Below are positions 38,908 through 47,919 of a stretch of DNA of 64,000 nucleotides, in pieces. How positions within the stretch are numbered: the stretch's first letter is position 1; every line of letters begins with the position of its first letter. The translations under genes and the position numbers were made by a program. The DNA comes from an uncultured Alphaproteobacteria bacterium. GTDB lineage: Bacteria; Pseudomonadota; Alphaproteobacteria; Rhizobiales; Xanthobacteraceae. Under the pieces are notes generated by a model. It was not told where the DNA came from. It searched no databases and saw only the letters and a program-made list of their open reading frames with translations. The stretch lies in the NCBI GenBank assembly GCA_963778925.1, contig CAVZWE010000020.1, forward strand, positions 137,087 to 201,086, in the 5' to 3' direction.

Positions 38908-39339
38908 ATGGCAAGTTCAGATCCTTTCTCCTCATCCGTCATCCCGTTCGAGGTTCCCGAGCAGATGCGTGCGTTCGCCGAAAAGGGCGTCTCGCAGGCC
39001 CGCGACAGCTACGCCAAGTTCAAGGATGTCGCCGAGAGCAACAACGGCACGATCGAAGCTGTGTTCACGACCGCCAGCAAGGGCGCCAGCGAATTCTCGG
39101 CCAAGCTGATGGAAATGATGAAGGCCAACAGCACCGCGACGCTGGACTTCGCGCAGGAACTGCTCGGCATCAAATCGCCCTCGGAGGCGATCGAGCTGTG
39201 GACCTCGCACGCCAAGAAGCAGTTCGAGGCCGTCACCGCCCAGGCCAAGGAACTCGCCGAATTGACCCAGAGGGTCGCGACCGAAACCGTCGAGCCGATC
39301 AAGGCCAACGCGTCGAAACTGTTCAAGACCGCCGCCTGA
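38908..39339 (+). CDS. phaP: Phasin
   Basis: FEVPEQMRAFAEKGVSQARDSYAKFK...KSPSEAIELW. Confidence 0.88.
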   Translation: MASSDPFSSSVIPFEVPEQMRAFAEKGVSQARDSYAKFKDVAESNNGTIEAVFTTASKGASEFSAKLMEMMKANSTATLDFAQELLGIKSPSEAIELWTSHAKKQFEAVTAQAKELAELTQRVATETVEPIKANASKLFKTAA

Positions 39340-39361
39340 TCGAGCCCGCGGCTCCGTCCAA

Positions 39362-39392
39362 AAAAAGCCCGGGCTTTCCGCTCGGGCTTTTT
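39362..39392. terminator. Rho-independent terminator (bidirectional)
   Basis: AAAAAGCCCG / CGGGCTTTTT. Confidence 0.8.
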
Positions 39393-39541
39393 GTTTGGCG
39401 GCACGCGGCAAGGCCAAAAATGGCATCGTCCTGCATGCGCGGGGACGACATTGAAGCCGCGATCCCGGCCTTGCCAAAGACCGGCGTTGCACCTAGTTTC
39501 CGCCCGGTTCGGCGACCCCTTTTTGGGGGCCGATACAGGAT

Positions 39542-39618
39542 GCAGTTGTAGCTCAGTTGGTTAGAGCGCCTGTCTGTGGAACAGGAGGTCGGTGGTTCGA
39601 GCCCACCCAACTGTACCA
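39542..39618 (+). tRNA. trnH: tRNA-His (GTG)
   Basis: Acceptor GCAGTTG/CAACTGT, anticodon arm CCTGT-CTGTGGA-ACAGG, T-loop GGTTCGA, encoded CCA. Confidence 0.95.
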
Positions 39619-39873
39619 CTTTTCAATCACTTAGCCGGGCTTCCGAAATTTTTGGCTCTTTTCTGGCTCTCCGCACGCGATAATGCCGTTGTAGAGCCGA
39701 TTGGAGCGGCGCAGTTCAAATTTTCTACTTTCCATACCACGCCTTTGTCGGCCCCGGCTGACAAAGAGGAAAACTTCGTGACGTGCGAAGAATTGGCATG
39801 CGCAACGTCGCTGCAATGGGTGAAGCGCCGGGCAGCAATATTCAGTGAGCTAGCTGAACGCATCATAGCAGAA

Positions 39874-40101
39874 ATGTATTTTTCTTCGACATTCGTGCCA
39901 GAACTGGTTGTGTGTGTTGCACTCGCAGCGATTTACGTCTGTAGCCTGCGATATTCTACGGGTAAGCGATATCTTACAGCGTCAATTGCAGGGGCGATTA
40001 TTGGTGTTGCGGTTTTTTTATTTTGTTGCACTTTGGCTTTTCTTGAATTTCGAGTTTGCACGAGACTTGAGCATTTAGAGGAGAACCGGGTTAGTTCCTA
40101 A
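39874..40101 (+). CDS. Small two-TM hypothetical protein
   Basis: Two hydrophobic stretches; trimmed from an ORF call that overlaps the tRNA. Confidence 0.3.
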   Translation: MYFSSTFVPELVVCVALAAIYVCSLRYSTGKRYLTASIAGAIIGVAVFLFCCTLAFLEFRVCTRLEHLEENRVSS

Positions 40102-40473
40102 AAAGCTTAGCACGGACACAGTCAACGCCCCGAGGAACTTGAAAAGAGACAGAACACTTCGCGTAACAAGCCAAATCACGGCGCGAGGAATAGTTGCCTA
40201 TGTTTGACTGGCGAAATTGCTGGTTCGTTGGTCTGTCGCTGGGGTCGAGCTGCTGCGGAATAGGGAAGACATGGCGGGTGAGGGCCAAGGAGAGACATCC
40301 AACTGCTCTTGCTTCGCCAAGACGCGTTGGCGAGGCCTCCTGTCCTTCTGAGGTCTTTCCAAGCTAGTTCGTTGGTCCGGTCGCAGTGACTTTGTCTTAG
40401 CATTTGATCTAGATCAGTGCGCATCGCCAACGCGCGCGTTTTGCTGCGAGCGCAGTCCTAAAGAGTTAATCGA

Positions 40474-41277
40474 ATGCTCGCCTTCTCTCGCTTGCTGCTC
40501 GGCGTCTGTGCTGCGATCATCGCCTTGCTGGCCGTGATAGGGGCGTTAGCTCTGCTCGCCCTCGGCTCGGCGGCTGTGATTCGTTTTATCATTCCGGACT
40601 CGCAGGTTGTCGCGGGGACGGAATTTAGCGGTACGGTGGCTTGGGCAAAGAGCCTGCAACGTCAAGCGGGTGAGGACGAGGCAAGAGCTGCGCGCGAGAC
40701 GAGTCTCGTGATACGAAGATGGGCCGTTGACTGCGGTCTAGCGAAAATTGAGGCGGACGGAGTTGCTCGAAGCACCGATCCGGCTGATCCTGTTTTCAGC
40801 CATCTAAGCCAGACCGCAAATACGTTGTTTGATGGCAGGGTTGTCCTCGCTAACGAAGTTGGCAGCACGTTCACCATTCTGGAATGGGCTACAATAGCCG
40901 GCATCCTAATTGGGTTAGGAACAACCATCTGCGCCGGACTCCGGAGTGACGATCAAGCGCTCGGCGGTTGGGCGCGGACGGTGAGAATCCTTGCCGTAGT
41001 CTTTCCGGCTCTCGGCACCGCCGTCGCGGCTGTCGCGGCGTTCTACGGACCGCGGGAAGAACTGCTCCGTGTTTCGCAAGCGCTCGCAACTCTCCAGCAG
41101 CTCCACGCCGAAGTTCAGGTCGGACTTGTTCGCGAGCCGTGTCCCGGTGCAGATGGGCGCGCGAGAATTCTGAAGAAGTTCGAAGGCTGGGAAGACAAGC
41201 TCATCCAGCAACTCCCGGCGACAACTGCGGTACGGATTGGCGCGAGGGCGAAGGATTCCAAACGTACGATCGACTGA
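40474..41277 (+). CDS. Membrane protein with C-terminal SLATT/DUF4231-like 2TM domain
   Basis: TM pair ending ILAVVFPALGTAVAAVAAFYGPREELLRVSQALATLQQL. Confidence 0.5.
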   Translation: MLAFSRLLLGVCAAIIALLAVIGALALLALGSAAVIRFIIPDSQVVAGTEFSGTVAWAKSLQRQAGEDEARAARETSLVIRRWAVDCGLAKIEADGVARSTDPADPVFSHLSQTANTLFDGRVVLANEVGSTFTILEWATIAGILIGLGTTICAGLRSDDQALGGWARTVRILAVVFPALGTAVAAVAAFYGPREELLRVSQALATLQQLHAEVQVGLVREPCPGADGRARILKKFEGWEDKLIQQLPATTAVRIGARAKDSKRTID

Positions 41278-41546
41278 GTAGTCGGCGCATCTAAAGGTTC
41301 CGCTCCGGGCCAAAAGCATCGCGAGCTGATTGTCCGCTTCCGGCGTATAGACGTCCATACTGTTGAATTGCTCGGCATGTCGCGTCGAATATTGTTCGTC
41401 ATCTGCGCTGCTTTGTAACTCTCGCTCGCGTATCGAGGATACGTCTGGAAAAGATAACGTGTTACCTCGCCCAGGCAGATTAACTTATTGTAGAGGAATG
41501 CTCTGCGTTCAATGCGTGAGCCGGGCGTTCCGTGCAGCTAATGACC

Positions 41547-42524
41547 TTAGCGGCACGGCTTTATTGTCAGACCGGACGGCAGTTTTGTCTTAGTGCCGCA
41601 TGCTTCATCTAATTGGCCCTGCTTAAGGTTGAGACAATCGCTTAAGTCAGCATTATCGAGATTGGCGCCGTGCAAATTGGCGCCGCTCAGATTGGCACCG
41701 TTCAAGTTGGCATTGGACAAGGTGGCGTTGAACAGGGTGGCCATGCTCAGGTTGACGCTGATTAGTTGGGTGCCGTTCAGGTTGGCGCTGTTCAGGTTAG
41801 CTCCGCTCAAATTGCCGCCGAACAGTTCGGCGGCATTCAGGTCAGCATTGACAAGGTTGGCACCGCTCACATTGATGCCGAGCAGTTTTGCCTGGTTCAG
41901 GTTAATGCCGTTGAGGTCGGCGCCGATCAGGTCGGCGTCGTTCAGAACGGCCTTCGGAATATGCGCCCGGGCCAAAACAACTCTTCCCGGACCTGCTGTG
42001 CGTCTTTTGATCACCGTGAGTGCAGCTTGAACGTCGGTAGCTGGCGGTCCCTCATTCGTGTCCTTTTCGGTACTGACACGCACAAACGCGCCCAGCGTAT
42101 CTAACACCGACACGTGGTATTGCTCGGAGGTGTTCATCACTCCCTCCAGCGCATAGATACCACCGAGTCGCTTTACAGCGTTGTTTTCCTCGCTTAGTAA
42201 CTCAAACCCCTTCGAGACCTGCTGACTTACGATGGTCCGGTTCGACTGTTCTTGCTGCGACTGCAGTGTATTCGCCGACTGTTGGCTTTGCGCCTGCAGC
42301 GTCTGCTGCGTCTGGTAGTAAGCCAGACCGGCGCCGAGAATCACGGCTGCGCCTCCAATAAGTTGGCCGACGGACTTCCGGAAATTGTCCTCGACGTCGG
42401 CCCTCGCCTTCGGGTCTGAGACCTCCGGTCGAAGCCGTTTAACCTGCCATTTTGGGAGCCACCACCAGGCGGCAAGCGAGCAGACCAACGCCAAGAGCGC
42501 CATTGCAATCAACCACCAAGACAT
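41547..42524 (-). CDS. Pentapeptide-repeat protein with N-terminal TM segments
   Basis: About 20 tandem A(N/D)Lxx repeats in the C-terminal half; RLGGIYALE motif. Confidence 0.85.
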   Translation of the reverse strand: MSWWLIAMALLALVCSLAAWWWLPKWQVKRLRPEVSDPKARADVEDNFRKSVGQLIGGAAVILGAGLAYYQTQQTLQAQSQQSANTLQSQQEQSNRTIVSQQVSKGFELLSEENNAVKRLGGIYALEGVMNTSEQYHVSVLDTLGAFVRVSTEKDTNEGPPATDVQAALTVIKRRTAGPGRVVLARAHIPKAVLNDADLIGADLNGINLNQAKLLGINVSGANLVNADLNAAELFGGNLSGANLNSANLNGTQLISVNLSMATLFNATLSNANLNGANLSGANLHGANLDNADLSDCLNLKQGQLDEACGTKTKLPSGLTIKPCR

Positions 42525-42682
42525 GTGCCTAATTCTCCCCTGTCAAAGGTAGGATAGATTCTGTGCGCTCCCGCAGATTTAGAAATTGTCGGTGCGCCAT
42601 ATCGATATCGCCGACACCGCCACATTGACGCACCATTGACTCATTCGAAGGACAACTACAAGTTACTACAGGAGGGACAATC

Positions 42683-43000
42683 ATGCTATCGCGTACCTGC
42701 TTACCACTTACAGCCGTTGCTGTTTGGCTTACAATGTGTGGTGGTCAATCCTTGGCGCAGACTAAGACCGACTTGGTTTGCTGGGCAGAACGCCCAGGCC
42801 AATGCCCCGGGGTGTGGAGCGGCCCAAACGTAAGGCACATTGCTTGCGGCTCTGGCGGGAATGCAGGGTTCAATCCAATCTGGGTTTGTCAACAAACTTG
42901 CAGCGTTGGTGTAGGGCCCCGTTGCCGCATTACAGCCGGGCCAGGCGGAGATGGAGGGCAATGTGGTTACAGGGCGGCGAAGGTCGAGTGCTTCGACTAG
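42683..43000 (+). CDS. Small secreted Cys/Gly-rich protein
   Basis: RBS GGAGG, signal peptide ending SLA-Q, 8 Cys in about 80 mature residues. Confidence 0.7.
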   Translation: MLSRTCLPLTAVAVWLTMCGGQSLAQTKTDLVCWAERPGQCPGVWSGPNVRHIACGSGGNAGFNPIWVCQQTCSVGVGPRCRITAGPGGDGGQCGYRAAKVECFD

Positions 43001-43189
43001 GTAGAGCCTGTTGAATATGACGAACCGCATGCATCGACGGTTTCACTCGGTGCAACGGGATCGGCGGTACAATGAACTTATATGCACCTCGCCGACGATT
43101 TCGAGAGGAAGTCCATACTAGATCCAGTGCGGCCCTCTCTCTGCAAACTAAAATCTACGGCCGGATTGTCGTCACCTGTCGAAGCAGTG

Positions 43190-43279
43190 ACCACTCCGGT
43201 GGAAGCGCTCGACTACTATCCGTATGGCGGCATCCGAGTAGATACGAAGACCAACTACGGCTGCATTCGCAACAAATAA
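43190..43279 (+). pseudogene. Rhs core fragment
   Basis: EALDYYPYGGIRVDTKTNYG resembles the Rhs repeat-associated core start. Confidence 0.4.
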
Positions 43280-43486
43280 TACCAAACTTCCGAAGCCTTG
43301 ACTCATCTAGGCCGTTGCTTGGCCCAACTGAAGCGGCGGCATGCTGTTGAATATTCTTGCCTTCTTGCGACGGCTTGATTGAGTCGTCGAACGCGCAACG
43401 AGTCAAGTCTTCGCATTCCGGTATAAGGTCCCCGAAGAAGCACACACCAGACAGATCGACTAACGTCTTCAACGGAGGTTCATATC

Positions 43487-43990
43487 ATGTCGGATTTCAA
43501 TGTGCTTTCAACCGCCGCGATTTCAGGTGTCGTCGCTATAGCCGTTGCGGGAGCAACGACTCTTACCACCATTCACGTGGCGAATATCGAGATAGCCCAA
43601 AAGAATGATGAAGTTCAACTGAAACGGCGCAGCGAACGTCAAGAGAACTATCAAACAGCAATTGACCTGCTGACGGACCTGGGATGGCGGAGCGGTGATC
43701 CCAAGTATGTTGGCGCTATAGAACGCGAGTTTTCGGTCCCATTTGTGCGGGCTGCCAATCGGATACGGGTTTATGGCAGTCCGGCGACTATTGCTGCGAT
43801 GGACGAAATCCAGCAGGCATTTGGAATGTTCAACCGGGCAAAGGGGGACAGTGATCGCGCTGCTGCCGGAAAGGCAATCCAACTCGGTCTCGACCATCTG
43901 GTCATCGCTGCACGCGAAGATGTTGGACCGCGCAAAGAGGATGGTTTGAAGGATGTCCCGTTTCGTCAGGGCGCGGGACCTCCAGCATGA
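43487..43990 (+). CDS. Hypothetical protein with N-terminal TM and coiled coil
   Basis: RBS GGAGG, 167 aa open frame. Confidence 0.7.
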   Translation: MSDFNVLSTAAISGVVAIAVAGATTLTTIHVANIEIAQKNDEVQLKRRSERQENYQTAIDLLTDLGWRSGDPKYVGAIEREFSVPFVRAANRIRVYGSPATIAAMDEIQQAFGMFNRAKGDSDRAAAGKAIQLGLDHLVIAAREDVGPRKEDGLKDVPFRQGAGPPA

Positions 43991-44256
43991 CGACCGGCGA
44001 TCCGGTGCTCGGTGTGCCGGTGACAATAGCAACGATGAACGGTGAAGGCATGTTTATGGACGCAGACGGTCCGCTGCTATTGAAAAACGTGTCCGGGAAA
44101 GTAGTGCAATACAGGGGCAACTTGCCGGGCGTCGCAGCGCAGGACGTCGCGACGTATGTGGGACCCGCCACTGCGACCAGCACATTGTTCGTAGTGCTGA
44201 CACCGGATGGCTTGCGCGCGCAGACGACTTTCGCATCGTCCACCGCGATGCAGTGA
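43987..44256 (+). CDS. Hypothetical protein (89 aa), translationally coupled
   Basis: ATGA overlap with the upstream stop. Confidence 0.45.
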   Translation: MTTGDPVLGVPVTIATMNGEGMFMDADGPLLLKNVSGKVVQYRGNLPGVAAQDVATYVGPATATSTLFVVLTPDGLRAQTTFASSTAMQ

Positions 44257-44460
44257 CGGGATAAAAGGGGCCTCGTGCATTAAGTACAAGTCTCCGCGTC
44301 TTTCCACGATTATTCCACGATGCATCGTCACAGACCCCCAGCTACAACCACTATCCTGATCGGGGGGCACAATATGGTTGCCAAGGACTATCGCGATAAC
44401 TCAACAAACACGGCTTCGATGCTTCGATGCGGGAGTCCTTTATGGGCACCCAAATCACTC

Positions 44461-45519
44461 TTACTCTTTGATTTTCATGCAAATCAGCGCGCCTTCGACA
44501 CTCGTTCCGGCGCCAAATCGCTGGCATCGCGCAGCGCGACCGTTCGAGTCGAACGTCGGCCCGACCGCAGCCTGGCCACCGTCACTATTTGTGCATGCTG
44601 CAGAGACAAGTACGCTTCCGGACGGACAGCTATCGAAGCCGGTGTCTTGGGCTGCTGATGGAATGTCGACTGGAAAAAAGTCTGACGCGCTTGGCAGCTT
44701 GGACTGGAAAGCATTAATCTGTTTTTCCACTTGTTGTATTCCTCTCTCCAAACTATCGGCGCGGCTTTCCGCTATCGCTGTTGAACACACTTTCGGAATT
44801 TTTAACAGTTTGGCCGGACCTGATGTCACGATATTTAAAATCACTTCTTTGGTACATGCATAATCGACACCATTGATTCGCGTGCTGTCTAACTTCCTCG
44901 TGCATCTAAGTGAAATACTTTCATATTGTTTCAGCGTTTGCACGACGTCACTCGGCTGGGAAACATTGATTGTTGTGATTCCCTTTGTTACAAAGCAGGT
45001 GTTTTCCTTTAGGTCTAAAGGCCCAAATTGTTTAATCGTTATCTCAGAACTAGGGAGGCCGGGTTTGAACTGCATCTGCATTACTATCTCCTGCCCTCCA
45101 TTCGCTATCGCAATGTTTGGGTACAGCGAATCGCTCGTCATTGCGAGGCAGGTACCTATTACCTCAGCGCCCTCACTGGACACGGTGCGCGCTTCACCGG
45201 ACCTTATCTGACTTCTCCAATACTCCCCAAAGTGATTTTCGCAGTATTTGCTCTGTGATTGCTGGACCTCAGCAGCTGACGCCGAAGCGCTTCCGGAGAA
45301 AATTTTGTAAGACGCTTGAAGCTGAGCTTGCTGAGATGTTGACGCCGAAGAATAGTTCTCCGAACACAGGTCAGCCTTCTGGACGGCGCGCTGTAGGTCC
45401 GTGTCGAGATACTTTGAGTAGTTAAGCCCTATAATTCTGGCTAGTTCGACACAGGTATTGTCGTCAGAACTGCGCGGCGCGCTTGGCGTGGTCCCATCGA
45501 GCTTGGGTTGAAAGGCCGC
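44461..45519 (-). pseudogene. Cys-rich secreted-type protein lacking a canonical start (frame open 45519-44461)
   Basis: Manual translation shows 112 extra stop-free codons upstream of GTG 45183; 12 Cys, coiled coil, C-terminal CPSGSVLVSAAC domain. Confidence 0.55.
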
Positions 45520-45669
45520 CTAGATCCTGATTAGGCGACGCCAAGCCTCACGGGCGGCCTTCGCTTCCCGTCAGGATCGCCGAATGTTGCAGTGCGTTGT
45601 CTATTGCTGTCGCGACCACCGAGGCACACTCTGTCTGTCCGATTGGCGCTGCGGTAACAGGAGAGCAGC

Positions 45670-45912
45670 ATGAGCAAACCAGGTCTCGACGGACGTCACC
45701 GCAACAAGGATGGCGAAATCGGCGGCAAGCACGGCAACACCCTCGTCCGCACGCTTCGCAAAATGTATGGGCAAGGATTTGCAGCAGGCTATCCTGAAAC
45801 CGCAAAGCTGAGCGAGGTGCTGCTTCAGCTCAACGAGACCTCCCTTAGCCAACTCCGGCGCGATCACGAGACCGGTCATTTGGAGCACAAGATCAGCCAG
45901 GCATCGAAGTAA
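45670..45912 (+). CDS. Conserved small hypothetical protein
   Basis: GLDGRHRNKDGEI..KHGNTLVRTLRK.YG; RBS GGAG. Confidence 0.75.
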   Translation: MSKPGLDGRHRNKDGEIGGKHGNTLVRTLRKMYGQGFAAGYPETAKLSEVLLQLNETSLSQLRRDHETGHLEHKISQASK

Positions 45913-46125
45913 GGGCCGGCCCCGTCGCAGGATGGCAACTTCATCGAATCATCGTCCCGATGGCGCCGGACGCCACGCGAGATCGTCCGACAGCACGTAA
46001 ATCAGGATCGCGGCCAAACACAGCGCGATTCCGATCCAGAATATCGGCGAGTGGTGGAGCCGTCGCCAGTCGCGAGGACGTGCGGTGGGTTTCATTTGAT
46101 CACGTCAACGGGACGCTTCTCGCCT

Positions 46126-46314
46126 TCAGGACCCCCTGGCATCGTCGTCCTTCTTCTTCTCTGCGGCCCAATACTCCGCTTCTGACGGCAGTTTATCGAA
46201 ATCCGGCTTATACCCATTTGCCTCGTACTTTGAGCGCGGGACCGGGATGGTGGTGCCGGTCCCGTAATCGACCTGCACCCACCCTTCGTCGTCACGAAAC
46301 AGCCCAACAGGCAT
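46126..46314 (-). CDS. Small hypothetical protein
   Basis: MPVGLFRDDEGWVQVDYG...YEANGYKPDFDKLP; RBS GGAG. Confidence 0.6.
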   Translation of the reverse strand: MPVGLFRDDEGWVQVDYGTGTTIPVPRSKYEANGYKPDFDKLPSEAEYWAAEKKKDDDARGS

Positions 46315-46419
46315 AGGCCTTTTCTCCTGCCTTGCGCTAGCCATAGCACTCACTGGCGGTCCACCCAAGTCTATAGAAACCAACCCGCGTTCGGCCAGCA
46401 CCGGCTCGCCACCGCGATC

Positions 46420-46454
46420 CGTTGAGTCCATACGATCACGACCATTCGGCTATC
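46420..46454 (-). pseudogene. Second, fragmentary brnT copy
   Basis: 31/35 identical to 47104-47138; encodes RMVVIVWTQ. Confidence 0.6.
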
Positions 46455-46708
46455 CGGCCGCAAGCACCATGTAAGGAGACAATTGAAGTCGTTCCGAACG
46501 CATTACCTTGTTGCGACCGACGGCAAGGTCACCAGCCCTCGTGCGAAGTCCGTCCCAACGAAACTGGCATTCCCGATCATCCGGGTTGGGAGCGAATAAA
46601 CCTCATTCAGCGGCGATTTCCACCCACATCGATTTTTCATCGCAGGAAACAAATCGGCCGCATCCAGGATGCCTAGAGGGATCCGCGCAAGCGCAATACC
46701 CGCCAGCC

Positions 46709-47065
46709 CTACTGTTTGGTCTGGCTGGCCTTGCTTCGAGTGCTGACAGACGCGCGCTTTGCGCGGTGTGGCGCTGTCGCAGCCCTGACGTTGAGCTTGC
46801 GCGCACGCCTCAGGTCGGCGTTGATCCGCGTTTGCCAACCTTCGCCGGTCTCGCGATAGGCCTTCACGACATCTTCGTCGAGCCTGAGCGTGATCGCGGT
46901 CTTCGGCTTGCCGGACAATGGCGGCCGGCCGCGCCGGACCAGCCTGCCGCCATGGCGCAACTCGCCGTGGCGAAAGAAATCGCTCAACAGTTCAGGTGCG
47001 TCATCGGGATCATCGGTCAGCGGTTTGCCGAAGTATTTTGCGCCAGCGTTTTTCTTCTTTGTCAT
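46709..47065 (-). CDS. brnA: BrnA family antitoxin
   Basis: DDAPEL, RGRP...KTAITLRLDEDVVKAYRETGEGWQTRINADL. Confidence 0.88.
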   Translation of the reverse strand: MTKKKNAGAKYFGKPLTDDPDDAPELLSDFFRHGELRHGGRLVRRGRPPLSGKPKTAITLRLDEDVVKAYRETGEGWQTRINADLRRARKLNVRAATAPHRAKRASVSTRSKASQTKQ

Positions 47066-47300
47066 GGCAGTACCTCATCGAAATGACGTGGCGGCTCGCG
47101 CCGCGTTGAGTCCATACCATTACGACCATTCAGCCATCGAGGAAGCCGGCGCTGATCCGGCGAACCTCGCCGTAGTCAAATCGGTCGTCGATCATCGTCA
47201 CCGTGTCGCCGGAAAAAACCTTCTCGGCGTCAACGGCGAAATCGAGCCCCCGATGCGCCAGGGTCCAATCGCGCTTGGCGGAATCGAAGGTTGTCTTCAT
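47010..47300 (-). pseudogene. brnT: BrnT toxin with premature stop (CGA>TGA at 47130-47132)
   Basis: MKTTFDSAKRDWTLAHRGLDFA...DDRFDYGEVR...FLDG*MVVMVWTQRG...VISMR. Confidence 0.85.
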
Positions 47301-47306
47301 TGATAT

Positions 47307-47356
47307 TTATGTAACTACATAATCCGCCCGCAAGCAAGTATTATGTAACTACATAA
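47307..47356. promoter_or_regulatory. brnTA operator: two copies of palindrome TTATGTAACTACATAA
   Basis: Exact 16-mer at 47307 and 47341. Confidence 0.75.
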
Positions 47357-47468
47357 GTGCGGCCGTTCCGTAACACATTACGGCCACTGGATTTTGTTCC
47401 GTCGCTCGCTGCTTGCCATTCCCCTGCCATTCACTCACTATCCGGAATCACACGCTTCGGGGGGATAA

Positions 47469-47807
47469 ATGTCTGTGGTCTGGTCCAGGAAGTTCCAGCT
47501 CGGCTTGATGCTGGCAATCGCGCTTTCGATCTCGATGTGGCCTGCGCCGGGCCGGGCCTACACTCCCGAACAGGAGCAGGCGTGCAGCGGCGATGCGATG
47601 CGCCTTTGCGGCGCCGATATTCCCGATGTCGACCGCATCACGGCGTGCATGGTCAGGAACAAATCGCAGCTCAGCCCCCCTTGCCAGGTGTTCTTCCGGC
47701 CTGCGCCCGAGCTTGCGGGCACGCCGGGCAGGCCGCTCAGCATCAAGCCGTCAGCCGCGCAAAAGCCGAGCAAGTCCCGGAAATCGAAGGCCGACGACGA
47801 CGAATGA
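47469..47807 (+). CDS. Small secreted Cys-containing protein
   Basis: Signal peptide; EQACSGDAMRLC...ITACM..NKSQLSPPC. Confidence 0.75.
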   Translation: MSVVWSRKFQLGLMLAIALSISMWPAPGRAYTPEQEQACSGDAMRLCGADIPDVDRITACMVRNKSQLSPPCQVFFRPAPELAGTPGRPLSIKPSAAQKPSKSRKSKADDDE

Positions 47808-47919
47808 TCGCCGGCGCCCGGTTGCATTGCTGACCTGCCTGGTCGGCGAGCCGTGCATCCTTGCCAAGCCCATTCGCTTCACCGACACTTCCTCCATAAC
47901 AAAAAGATGGAGGAAACCG

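Larger units (their letters stand above)
39619..47360. mobile_element. Decayed genomic island at the tRNA-His 3' end
   Basis: Begins right after CCA with TTTTCAATCACTTAG; visibly lower GC, hypothetical and TA genes; no intact integrase or attR found. Confidence 0.55.

Noticed and set aside
39592-39873. 169-aa ORF starting inside the tRNA
   Set aside because: Overlaps tRNA-His and the att-like flank; only the hydrophobic 3' part is plausibly coding
45500-47470. attR duplicate of the tRNA-His 3' end
   Set aside because: No copy of CCCAACTGTACCA found by eye at the island's right side or elsewhere in the window
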